Below are positions 49,795 to 58,615 of a stretch of 64,000 nucleotides of DNA, one piece after another. Position numbers and translations under genes: made by a program. The notes below the pieces were generated by a model. The model was not told where the DNA came from. It did not search any database and was given only the letters and a program-made list of their open reading frames with translations. The stretch spans positions 12,733 to 76,732 of the forward strand of contig CAMOSQ010000001.1 of the NCBI GenBank assembly GCA_946624985.1, in the 5' to 3' direction. This stretch comes from an uncultured Bacillales bacterium. GTDB taxonomy: Bacteria > Bacillota_I > Bacilli_A > RF39 > UBA660. Each line of letters begins with the position of its first letter. Within the stretch, counting starts at the first letter, position 1.

Positions 49795-50127
49795 ATGAAT
49801 AGAAAAGAAGAAGCTATAAAGTTAATAAATAAGAAACTAAATAAGAATTCTTTTTTATCTTATATTGAGATTGCTGAAATTACAGGTTATCATCCTAAGT
49901 ATATTTTAAAGTTGAAAAAAGAGATTATTAATGGAAGTATTAGGATTGAGCATGGAAATAAAAATCGTAAACCTGTTAATGCAATGAGTGCTGAAGAGAA
50001 GAATATGATTATTGGTTTGTATAAGAAAAGTCATGCTAGTATTAGAAAGTTTTGTAGATTTTATGGAACTCGTAGTTATTCTTGTGTTTATAATGTTATT
50101 AAAGAATATGAAAATAGTTTAAAATAA
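49795..50127 (+). CDS. Stand-alone HTH protein resembling the N-terminal DNA-binding module of an IS (DDE/rve) transposase
   Basis: 110 aa. SYIEIAEITGYHPKYILKLKKE (HTH) then IEHGNKNRKPVNAMSAEEKNMIIGLYKK, a pattern I associate with Firmicute transposase N-termini. No catalytic domain follows. Confidence 0.5.
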   Translation: MNRKEEAIKLINKKLNKNSFLSYIEIAEITGYHPKYILKLKKEIINGSIRIEHGNKNRKPVNAMSAEEKNMIIGLYKKSHASIRKFCRFYGTRSYSCVYNVIKEYENSLK

Positions 50128-50144
50128 TACTTTGGGGGGATATT

Positions 50145-50948
50145 ATGAATTATAAATTTAATAAAAAAGTTTTTTCTATTTTGGGTTCTGGTTTTATTTT
50201 ATTATCGTTACCTGCTTGTGATAAGAGTAAATCTTATTCTAGTTCTAAATCTGATTCTTATGTTGTATTAAATGATTTGGATGCTGTTTCATCTAATACA
50301 ACTAGTACAAGTTCTACGACTAGTACTAATTCTATAATAGTTAATTCTACAACTGGTTCTTCTACATCTACTTCAACTATTTTTGAAACTAGTTATGAAT
50401 TTGATTCTGATACATATACATCTAGTGAATATATAGATGATGATTCTAATAATTCTTTTACATTAACTACTTATGATTGTTCTATATTAGATTATTTTAA
50501 TACATTAGGTAATAATATTAAAAATAATTTTAATTCTGATGATTTTCTTGAAATGGGTAAAAAATATTTTGTTTATTGTGTTGATTTTTTATTTTATGAT
50601 GGTGAAATAAAAGGTGTTAGTTTTAGTGATTTGACTGATAGAGCAAAAGAACAGTTATTGCTTGATATTACTACTATCGATTCTTTAATTTGTTCTAAGT
50701 ATCCTAATTATAAGGAAAATATCAAGGAAGGATTAGGAACTGCTTATAATAAAGCTAGTGAAATTATTAGAGAAGGTAGTAAAGATATTAGAAATTTTTC
50801 TAAAGAGAAATTAGGCGAAGAAAACTATGCAAAGATTGGGGAGTATAAAGATTTGTTTATTGATACTGCTTTTGGTGATTGGGATGATTTTGTTGATATT
50901 TTAGGTAAAGGAAGGCAAAAGGTAAAAGATTGGTATGAAGGACTTTAA
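50145..50948 (+). CDS. Lipoprotein with Ser/Thr-rich linker, unknown function
   Basis: Signal peptide ending in lipobox LSLPAC; poly-S/T tract; C-terminal ~150-aa domain. GGGGGG RBS. Confidence 0.7.
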   Translation: MNYKFNKKVFSILGSGFILLSLPACDKSKSYSSSKSDSYVVLNDLDAVSSNTTSTSSTTSTNSIIVNSTTGSSTSTSTIFETSYEFDSDTYTSSEYIDDDSNNSFTLTTYDCSILDYFNTLGNNIKNNFNSDDFLEMGKKYFVYCVDFLFYDGEIKGVSFSDLTDRAKEQLLLDITTIDSLICSKYPNYKENIKEGLGTAYNKASEIIREGSKDIRNFSKEKLGEENYAKIGEYKDLFIDTAFGDWDDFVDILGKGRQKVKDWYEGL

Positions 50949-50990
50949 TAGTCTTTTTTTATTATGAAAAAAACAGATAATTAATCTGTT
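50938..50990. terminator. Back-to-back terminators between convergent genes
   Basis: aaggact-ttaat-agtcttt plus T-run for the + gene. aacagat-aatta-atctgtt (50972-50990) with a T-run on the minus strand for the esterase operon. Confidence 0.5.
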
Positions 50991-52291
50991 CTTCTTTGAC
51001 TTAATACCCAATCTATAATTGTTGTAAATCCGTTTCCTATATTTGTGTCTTCTAGTACTACGTTTGGCATAAAAGCATGATCCTGTGGAGCAGGGTATTC
51101 TCTTACGTATGCAGTATATCCTGCATTTTTTAATTTTTTTATAAAGTTTGGTATTCCTGTTCCTGGATACTTTTTTCCATTTGCATAGGTGTCAGATGCT
51201 CCATAGAATCCATATGTTGGAACAGTTTTAAATCCTTGTACATTTGTAATTCCTTTTTTTGCGATTAGGACTGCGCTAGAAAAATATGTTGGATTATTAT
51301 TGACTAACGTAGGAATTATTTCTGCTCCTAAGCTATATCCCCAAATACTAATTCTTTTTGTATCTATATTGTTATTTGGGTTTTGGATTTCTTGATTTAT
51401 CATTCCCATTACATCTGATGCACTCCATCCATTACTTGATGCAATTTTTGGGGCATGTGGTATTAATATATAGCAGTTATATTCCACATTTTTATCTTCT
51501 ATTTCGTGTAGGAATCCTCCTCCTCCGTCTGCTTTAAGTGTTGAATATCCTCCACCTGTTCCACCGGTACCATGTAAATATACTATTAATGCGGCTTTGT
51601 TTCCATCTATTCTTTTTGGTACATAAAGATAGTAACTATATCCATTTATATATGATTTTTGAATTATATTTTGATTAGTAAGTGCATTTGGGTTATCAAT
51701 TATTGTTCTTGCGATTGCGCCTCCTCCTGCAGATGCAATTGTATTTGTATATGCTGGTACTCCTGTATCTCCTGTATTTGCGTAGTCTATTTTTTCTTCA
51801 TTTTTATATTCATCTTTAAGATTACAATTGGAATCATATTTATGTTGTTCGCTTAGTAATCCTGGACAAAGAGTAGTAGCTTCGCTATCAATTTGCTCGC
51901 ATTTTTCTGGATGAATTAGACAGTATACGCAATTTTTTAGTTCGCTTTCTGTTCCAACTGATATGTTTATTATAAAGTTTACTATTGATATAATAAAGAA
52001 TATTATTACTGCTGTTATTATGTTTGTTATAAATTTCTTTTTTGCTTTGTCTAGACTATCATTTACATTTCCCGAGATAGTAACTTTTAAGAATGAGATT
52101 AATCCGGAAAATACAAGTAGTAGAGGTACAATAATTCTGATTATTATGTATATTGTTGATACCATTGTCCCAATTACTGTTGGAAATTTTTTGTCTGCTC
52201 CACATACTATATATTCTTTAGCATTTATTATTGTTGGTGTTAGTGGTGTAAGTAAAACGATGATTTTTTTTAGTATTGATTTTTTTTTCAT
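50981..52291 (-). CDS. Membrane-hairpin-anchored extracellular alpha/beta-hydrolase (esterase), paralog A
   Basis: Signal peptide, 2 TM with K-rich loop, Cys-rich linker (CVYCLIHPEKC...C...C). Hydrolase: YLHGTGG, GYSLGA (GxSxG), FYGASD, QDHAF. RBS AGAGGTGA in the 12-nt gap after paralog B. Confidence 0.75.
   Translation of the reverse strand: MKKKSILKKIIVLLTPLTPTIINAKEYIVCGADKKFPTVIGTMVSTIYIIIRIIVPLLLVFSGLISFLKVTISGNVNDSLDKAKKKFITNIITAVIIFFIISIVNFIINISVGTESELKNCVYCLIHPEKCEQIDSEATTLCPGLLSEQHKYDSNCNLKDEYKNEEKIDYANTGDTGVPAYTNTIASAGGGAIARTIIDNPNALTNQNIIQKSYINGYSYYLYVPKRIDGNKAALIVYLHGTGGTGGGYSTLKADGGGGFLHEIEDKNVEYNCYILIPHAPKIASSNGWSASDVMGMINQEIQNPNNNIDTKRISIWGYSLGAEIIPTLVNNNPTYFSSAVLIAKKGITNVQGFKTVPTYGFYGASDTYANGKKYPGTGIPNFIKKLKNAGYTAYVREYPAPQDHAFMPNVVLEDTNIGNGFTTIIDWVLSQRRTD
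51671..52291. repeat. Direct repeat copy 1 (5' third of esterase paralog A)
   Basis: Offset exactly 1293 bp from copy 2. 51803-52244 matches 53096-53537 with no mismatch that I can see; a few substitutions at both ends. Confidence 0.9.
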
Positions 52292-52303
52292 ATTTCACCT
52301 CTT

Positions 52304-53584
52304 TTAGTTACTTCTTCTTTGAGATAGTACCCAGTCCATAATATTTGTAAAACCATTACCTATATCTTGGTCTACCATTAGTTTTTCCATTACATGGTCA
52401 TGGTCTACACCTTGATATGCTTTTATATATGCTTTATATCCTGCATTTTTTAATCTATTTATTAATCCTGGTGTGTTTGTGTTTGCGTAGCCGTCTGCTG
52501 TTCCATAAAATCCGTATGTTGATATTTTATCAAATCCTGTTAATGATACATAGCTTGGGTTTCCACCTCGTGCAAGTATTACTGCACTTGAAAATGTATT
52601 AGGATTGATGTTTACCATTCCAGGCACTGCTTCTGCTCCAGCACTATATCCCCATATACTTATTCTATCTTTATCTATTCCTAGATTTTCTATTTCTCTA
52701 TTCATAATTTTTGTAACAGCACTAGTGTTCCATCCTGACCTATCATGCTTTTGAGGCATTAGTATATAAGCATTAAATTCCATTCCTTTTTCAATGTATT
52801 TTGCGAATCCGAATCCAGTTGCCATTAAATTATATCCATATCCACATTCTCTACCATTACCATGTAAGTATACTATTAGAGCTGGTTTATTTCCATCTAT
52901 TTTTTTTGGTACATATACATAGTAACTGTATCCACTTTCAACATCTGATTTTGTGATTATGTTTTGATTTGTAAGTGCATTTGGATTATCTGTTATTGTT
53001 CTTGCGATTGCGCTTCCTCCTGCAGATGCGATTGTGTTTGTATATGCAGGTACTCCTGTATCTCCAGTATTTGCGTAGTCTATTTTTTCTTCATCTTTAT
53101 ATTCATCTTTAAGATTACAATTGGAATCATATTTATGTTGTTCGCTTAGTAATCCTGGACAAAGAGTAGTAGCTTCGCTATCAATTTGCTCGCATTTTTC
53201 TGGATGAATTAGACAGTATACGCAATTTTTTAGTTCGCTTTCTGTTCCAACTGATATGTTTATTATAAAGTTTACTATTGATATAATAAAGAATATTATT
53301 ACTGCTGTTATTATGTTTGTTATAAATTTCTTTTTTGCTTTGTCTAGACTATCATTTACATTTCCCGAGATAGTAACTTTTAAGAATGAGATTAATCCGG
53401 AAAATACAAGTAGTAGAGGTACAATAATTCTGATTATTATGTATATTGTTGATACCATTGTCCCAATTACTGTTGGAAATTTTTTGTCTGCTCCACATAC
53501 TATATATTCTTTAGCATTTATTATTGTTGGTGTTAGTAGTGTTAGTAAAATAATTAATTTTTTTAGTATTGATTTTTTTTTCAT
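52304..53584 (-). CDS. Membrane-hairpin-anchored extracellular alpha/beta-hydrolase (esterase), paralog B
   Basis: First ~205 aa nearly identical to paralog A. Hydrolase half diverged: YLHGNG, GYSAGA, FYGTADG, VDHDHV. Confidence 0.75.
   Translation of the reverse strand: MKKKSILKKLIILLTLLTPTIINAKEYIVCGADKKFPTVIGTMVSTIYIIIRIIVPLLLVFSGLISFLKVTISGNVNDSLDKAKKKFITNIITAVIIFFIISIVNFIINISVGTESELKNCVYCLIHPEKCEQIDSEATTLCPGLLSEQHKYDSNCNLKDEYKDEEKIDYANTGDTGVPAYTNTIASAGGSAIARTITDNPNALTNQNIITKSDVESGYSYYVYVPKKIDGNKPALIVYLHGNGRECGYGYNLMATGFGFAKYIEKGMEFNAYILMPQKHDRSGWNTSAVTKIMNREIENLGIDKDRISIWGYSAGAEAVPGMVNINPNTFSSAVILARGGNPSYVSLTGFDKISTYGFYGTADGYANTNTPGLINRLKNAGYKAYIKAYQGVDHDHVMEKLMVDQDIGNGFTNIMDWVLSQRRSN
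52964..53584. repeat. Direct repeat copy 2 (5' third of esterase paralog B)
   Basis: See copy 1. Identity stops near codon ~207, and the remaining ~700 bp of each gene are only moderately similar. Confidence 0.9.
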
Positions 53585-53716
53585 AAAACACCTCTTACTG
53601 TAGTAATTTTAACATATTATTGATTATTATTCAATATAATTTATAATACATTTTGTCGATTGAAATATGTTCTTCTTCTTATTTTTATTAAATATTATTT
53701 TTTAGGAGGAAAGGGT

Positions 53717-56329
53717 ATGAATAAAGGTAATGGTCTTAGTTCTAAGGATGTAATTATTAATAGAGATAAGTATGGAGAAAATATTATTTCTGGATCTAGA
53801 AAAGATAGTTTTTTTAAGATGTTTATTGAATCATTTGGTGATCCTATTATTAAAATTTTGTTGGTTGCTTTAGGTATTAAAGTGTTTTTTTTATTTAGAA
53901 GTTTTGATTGGTATGAGACTATTGGTATTTTAATTGCGATCTTAATTGCTTCTTTTATTTCTACAATTTCTGAGTATGGTAGTGAAAGGGCTTTTTTAAA
54001 GTTACAGGAAGAGGCTTCTAGGCTTAAATGTCGTGTTAAAAGAGATGGTGTTATAGGTGTTATTAATGTAGATGATGTTGTTGTTGGTGATATTGTTCTT
54101 TTAGAAACTGGTGATAAGGTTCCTGCTGATGGAATTATTGTTGATGGTGATTTTGCTTTGGATGAATCTTCTATTACTGGTGAGTCTAAAGAGGTTAATA
54201 AGAAATCAGTTATTGATATTAATAATTATAAAGAAGAAAATTTTGTTTATCGTGGTACTGTTGTTTATTCTGGTGTTGGATTAATGTTGGTTACTGCTGT
54301 AGGTAATAATACTTTTTATGGAAAGGTTATTTCTGATTTGCTCGATAATCAGCCTGAAAGTCCTTTAAAATTAAAGTTAAGGGATTTGGCTTGTTCTATT
54401 AGCAAATTGGGATATATTGGTTCTATATTGGTTAGTTTGTCTTATTTGTTTAATGTTATTTTTATTGATAATAATTTTGATTTTAGTTTAATTGTTTCTA
54501 CTGTTTGTAATTTTAGGGAAATGTTTGGACATATATTATATGCACTTACCTTGAGTGTTACTGTTATTGTTGTTGCTGTTCCAGAGGGATTACCTATGAT
54601 GATTACTCTTGTTTTGTCTTCTAATGTTCGTCGTATGATTAAAGATAATGTTATGGTTAGGAAAATGGTTGGTATAGAAACCGCTGGTAGTTTAAATATA
54701 TTATTTACTGATAAGACAGGTACTTTAACTAATGGTGTTTTGGATGTTGTTGGTTTTATGCCTGGATCTTTGAAGGAGTTTTCTTCTTTTTCTTCTTTAG
54801 CTAGATATGACAGTTTATATACAATGGTAATTTTAAATTGTTTTTTTAATAATTCTAGTAGTTTTGTTGATGGACATGCAGTTGGAGGCAATATTACTGA
54901 TAGAGCTATTTTAAATTATGTTGGTTTGTGTTCTATTGACGCTAAAATTGTTTCTAGTGTTCCTTTTGATAGTAACAAAAAGTATTCTAGTTGTTTTATA
55001 GATTATAGTGGTAAAAGAATTAATTTGTTTAAGGGTGCTCCAGAGGTTATTTTAAAAAATTGTAATAAGTTTTTATCTGATAATGGTAGTGTTAAATATT
55101 TTTATGATAAAAAGAGTATTAATAATATTATTGATTTAAAGACTGCTAATGGTGTTAGAGTTTTAGCGCTTGCGTATGGTGAGGCTAATGTGATGTCTGA
55201 TCTTATTTTTATTGGTTTATTGTTTATTAAGGATGAGGTAAGAAAATCGGCTATAGAAGGCATTGATCTTGTTCGTAGAGCTGGTATTCAAACTGTTATG
55301 ATAACTGGTGATAACAAGAATACTGCTGTTTCTATTGCGAGGGAAGTTGGAATTGTATCTAGTTCTAGTGATATTGTTTTAACTAGTGATGAGTTAAATC
55401 TTATGTCGGATGATGAAGTAAAAGGTATTCTTTCAGATTTAAGGGTTGTTTCTAGGTCTTTACCTCAGGATAAGAGTAGGCTTGTTAGATTATCTCAGGA
55501 ACTTGGACTTGTTGTTGGTATGACAGGGGATGGAGTAAATGATGCTCCTGCATTAAAAAAGGCTGATGTTGGTTTTTCTATGGGAAGTGGTACTGAGGTT
55601 GCTCGTGAGGCTAGTGATATTATAATTTTAGATGATAATTTTAAATCTATTTCAAGTGCTATTTTGTATGGAAGAACTATTTTTAAGAGTATAAGAAAAT
55701 TTATTATTTTTCAATTGACTGTTAATTTATGTGCTGTTAGTTTATCGGTTGTTGGTCCTTTAGTTGGAATTCATACTCCTGTAACTGTTATTCAAATGTT
55801 ATGGATTAATATGGTTATGGATACTCTTGCTGGAATTGCTTTTTCTTTTGAGCCACCTCTTTTGGAGTATATGAATGAAAAGCCTAAGAAGCGTGATGAA
55901 TCTATTATCAATTCTTATATGAAAAATGAAATTATTGTTACTGGTATTTATTCTTCTATTTTATGTTTATGGTTTTTAAAATCTGATTTTATTTCTGGTT
56001 TATTTAGAGGTAGCATTAATGATAAATATTTATTAAGTGCATTTTTTGGATTATTTATTTTTATTGGTATTTTTAATAGTTTTAATGCGCGTACAAGTAG
56101 AATTAATATTTTTGCTAATATATTTAAGAATAAGGTGTTTTTGTTTGTAATATTTTTAATTGTTACTGTACAAATTATTCTTATTTATTTTGGTGGGGAA
56201 TTATTTAGAACTATTGGTTTAAGTTTTAAGGAGTTTAATTTTATGTTGTTGCTTTCTTTAACTGTTATTCCATTTGATTGGATTAGAAAGTATTTTATTA
56301 AGTTAAAAAGTGTTGATTTTGGTGTTTAA
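53717..56329 (+). CDS. P-type Ca2+-transporting ATPase (P2 type)
   Basis: ATG 53717 after AGGAGG (track start 53660 is an extension). TGES, VPEGLP (M4), DKTGTLT, TGDN, GDGVNDAPALK. Confidence 0.9.
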   Translation: MNKGNGLSSKDVIINRDKYGENIISGSRKDSFFKMFIESFGDPIIKILLVALGIKVFFLFRSFDWYETIGILIAILIASFISTISEYGSERAFLKLQEEASRLKCRVKRDGVIGVINVDDVVVGDIVLLETGDKVPADGIIVDGDFALDESSITGESKEVNKKSVIDINNYKEENFVYRGTVVYSGVGLMLVTAVGNNTFYGKVISDLLDNQPESPLKLKLRDLACSISKLGYIGSILVSLSYLFNVIFIDNNFDFSLIVSTVCNFREMFGHILYALTLSVTVIVVAVPEGLPMMITLVLSSNVRRMIKDNVMVRKMVGIETAGSLNILFTDKTGTLTNGVLDVVGFMPGSLKEFSSFSSLARYDSLYTMVILNCFFNNSSSFVDGHAVGGNITDRAILNYVGLCSIDAKIVSSVPFDSNKKYSSCFIDYSGKRINLFKGAPEVILKNCNKFLSDNGSVKYFYDKKSINNIIDLKTANGVRVLALAYGEANVMSDLIFIGLLFIKDEVRKSAIEGIDLVRRAGIQTVMITGDNKNTAVSIAREVGIVSSSSDIVLTSDELNLMSDDEVKGILSDLRVVSRSLPQDKSRLVRLSQELGLVVGMTGDGVNDAPALKKADVGFSMGSGTEVAREASDIIILDDNFKSISSAILYGRTIFKSIRKFIIFQLTVNLCAVSLSVVGPLVGIHTPVTVIQMLWINMVMDTLAGIAFSFEPPLLEYMNEKPKKRDESIINSYMKNEIIVTGIYSSILCLWFLKSDFISGLFRGSINDKYLLSAFFGLFIFIGIFNSFNARTSRINIFANIFKNKVFLFVIFLIVTVQIILIYFGGELFRTIGLSFKEFNFMLLLSLTVIPFDWIRKYFIKLKSVDFGV

Positions 56330-56413
56330 AATTGATTGTCATATTTATTTTGTTATGATAAAATTATTATTGCAGTATTAACTTTTAGCAACCATAAGTG
56401 ATGGAGTGATTTT

Positions 56414-57118
56414 ATGATTAATTTTATAGTTGTAGATGATAATAAAAAGTTTTTAGATATTATTATGGATGTAATTACTAAGGTAATGATGCATAATAAG
56501 TTTATTTATAAAACTCATTTTTTTGATGAGTATGATTCTGGTTTTTATGATATTATGAATTCATCTTTATCTAATAAAATATATATTCTTGATATTGAAA
56601 CTAAGAATTCTTCTGGTATTGATGTTGCTAGAAAAATTAGAAAACATGATATTGATAGCATTATTATATTTGCGACTGTTCATAATGAGGCTGGATTGGT
56701 TTTACTTAAGGATGATTTGATGTTTTTAACTTTTTTGTGCAAGTTTGATGATTTTGAAAATAAATTGTTTTCTTCTATTAATAAAGCTTTAGAGTATATT
56801 CATCATAGAATTTCTATTGTTTTTGATGATAGAGGTACTATTTATACGATACCTTATAATGATATTTTGTATGTTACAAAGGATTCTAGTGATAGGAAGT
56901 CTATTATTGTAACTGTTAATAAGAAGTATAGAGTTGGATTATCTTTAAGAGAAATTGTTAAGTTGTGTGAAAACAGGCTTATTCAAACTCATAGAAGTTG
57001 TTTTGTGAATATGGATAGGGTAAGGGTTGTTAGGAAACATGATGGTATTATTGAATTTGATAATGGTGAAAGCATAGATTTATTATCGAATATGTATAAG
57101 AAGGGAATTGGTGTTTGA
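56414..57118 (+). CDS. agrA: LytTR-family response regulator (AgrA-like)
   Basis: Receiver (VVDDN..., YILDIE phospho-Asp) plus C-terminal LytTR domain (ILYVTKDS..., IQTHRSCFVNMDRV). Confidence 0.8.
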   Translation: MINFIVVDDNKKFLDIIMDVITKVMMHNKFIYKTHFFDEYDSGFYDIMNSSLSNKIYILDIETKNSSGIDVARKIRKHDIDSIIIFATVHNEAGLVLLKDDLMFLTFLCKFDDFENKLFSSINKALEYIHHRISIVFDDRGTIYTIPYNDILYVTKDSSDRKSIIVTVNKKYRVGLSLREIVKLCENRLIQTHRSCFVNMDRVRVVRKHDGIIEFDNGESIDLLSNMYKKGIGV

Positions 57119-58425
57119 TGGAGAGATATATTGGTTTGTTTATTGGCGGTATAATTCTTTTTTATTCAGAAATATATGTTTGGGCTAAATTTTATGATGA
57201 AAAGATTAATTATAAAAATCCTTGGTTTTATGTTTCAATATTTTTTCTTACCTTGTTATCTATTTTTAATCATATTTTTGTTAATGCATTTATTAAGGTT
57301 TTGTTTATATCTGTTTTAATATTTTTTTCAAATAGATTGATTTTTCATAGATCTGTTAGCGAAACTATAATTATAGATATATATGGTCAGCTTCTTGTTG
57401 CTTTTTCTGATGTTATTTTTACTTTAGGGTGGATTCTAATATATGGAAAAAATGCTGCATTTGTTAGAGATAATTTGTTTGATACATTTCTTGTTAATGC
57501 TTGTATTGCGCTAATTTATGTTTTTTTATGTAGTATTCCTTTTGTAAAAAAATTTTATTTAAAACTTGTTAAATTTACTAGTAAGTTTAAGATTAAAAAT
57601 TTAATATTATGGTTTTTATTGGCAATTTTAAGTATGAATTTTTTGGTAGCCATTATTTTTTATAGATTGAATTCTATTTATGTTATTATTATTGATTCAC
57701 TTATGTTGTTGGTTTATTCTTTTATTGTATTTAAAGCGATGAATGAAAAAAATAATAATATTATGATTAAGGCTGAGAATGCTTTATTAATTCAAAATCT
57801 TAATCAGTATGAGGATATGGTTGATCGTCAGAGAGTAGATAATCATGAAAATAAGAATCAATTATTAATTATTAAGAATATGATTAAGAAAAAGGATAAG
57901 GACGTTATTAAGTACATTGATACTATTGTTAAAGATGAAAAGGAGGATGATGAGGCTTTATATACTAAAGTTAAGAATATTCCATCTGGTGGATTACAAG
58001 GAATTATTTATCAAAAGATGCTTACAATGAAAGATAAAAAAATATTGTTTAGTTTAGATGTTGGATTTGAAGTACGTAAAATTAATTTGGATAATCTTAC
58101 TATGGATGATAATTATAAATTATGTAAAATGGTTGGTGTTTTACTTGATAACGCGATTGAGGAAAGTTTAAAGATTGATGATAAGCGTATTATGATTTGT
58201 TTATATGTTGATGATGATAAGTTAGTTATTGATATTTCTAATAAGTTTAGCGGAAAAATAGATCTTGAAAAAATTGATGAAGCAGGATATACAACTAAGG
58301 GTGATGGACATGGATATGGTTTATCGTTAGTTAAAAAGATTGTTTCATCATCTACTTTATTTGAAAATGAGAGAAAGATTAATAACGACGTTTTTAAGCA
58401 AATTGTTAAAGTAAGGGTTAAATAA
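57115..58425 (+). CDS. agrC: AgrC-like (HPK10) sensor histidine kinase
   Basis: About 6 N-terminal TM. H-box RQRVDNHENKNQL, N-box LLDNAIEE, G-box GDGHGYGL. ATGA overlap with the regulator. Confidence 0.8.
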   Translation: MMERYIGLFIGGIILFYSEIYVWAKFYDEKINYKNPWFYVSIFFLTLLSIFNHIFVNAFIKVLFISVLIFFSNRLIFHRSVSETIIIDIYGQLLVAFSDVIFTLGWILIYGKNAAFVRDNLFDTFLVNACIALIYVFLCSIPFVKKFYLKLVKFTSKFKIKNLILWFLLAILSMNFLVAIIFYRLNSIYVIIIDSLMLLVYSFIVFKAMNEKNNNIMIKAENALLIQNLNQYEDMVDRQRVDNHENKNQLLIIKNMIKKKDKDVIKYIDTIVKDEKEDDEALYTKVKNIPSGGLQGIIYQKMLTMKDKKILFSLDVGFEVRKINLDNLTMDDNYKLCKMVGVLLDNAIEESLKIDDKRIMICLYVDDDKLVIDISNKFSGKIDLEKIDEAGYTTKGDGHGYGLSLVKKIVSSSTLFENERKINNDVFKQIVKVRVK

Positions 58426-58458
58426 AAAAATGTTAGATTTGTATTCTAACATTTTTTT
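58424..58458. terminator. Bidirectional terminator shared by agrC and agrD
   Basis: Perfect 14-nt arms aaaaaaatgttaga (58424-58437) / tctaacattttttt (58445-58458), 7-nt loop. Confidence 0.7.
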
Positions 58459-58461
58459 ATT

Positions 58462-58581
58462 TTATTTAATTAAACTTTTTGGGCATTCTGGCTCATCAAC
58501 TATCATTAATAAGCAAGCATTTGATCCAAGACTAGCTACTGCTGAACCAACTAAAGATAAAATATTTGCAAAGAAACTCAT
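58462..58581 (-). CDS. agrD: AgrD autoinducing-peptide precursor (39 aa)
   Basis: Not in the ORF track. GGAGG (58588-58592) then ATG 58581: MSFFANILSLVGSAVASLGSNACLLMIVDEPECPKSLIK. Amphipathic leader, single ring Cys, acidic DEPExPKSL tail as in clostridial/staphylococcal AgrD. 34 nt downstream of agrB. Confidence 0.8.
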   Translation of the reverse strand: MSFFANILSLVGSAVASLGSNACLLMIVDEPECPKSLIK

Positions 58582-58615
58582 ACTATACCTCCTTTTACTA
58601 TCTATGTTTAAATTT

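Noticed and set aside
51659-53603. Plus-strand ORFs 51659-51856, 51963-52307, 52417-52602, 52964-53149 and 53256-53603, which occur as near-identical pairs
   Set aside because: The pairing is simply the antisense image of the 1293-bp-offset repeat in the two esterase genes. The translations are hydrophobic shadow frames with no RBS.
54442-54891. 149-aa minus-strand ORF inside the P-type ATPase gene
   Set aside because: It is antisense to a region carrying the DKTGTLT phosphorylation motif of a clearly intact ATPase, so it is a shadow ORF.
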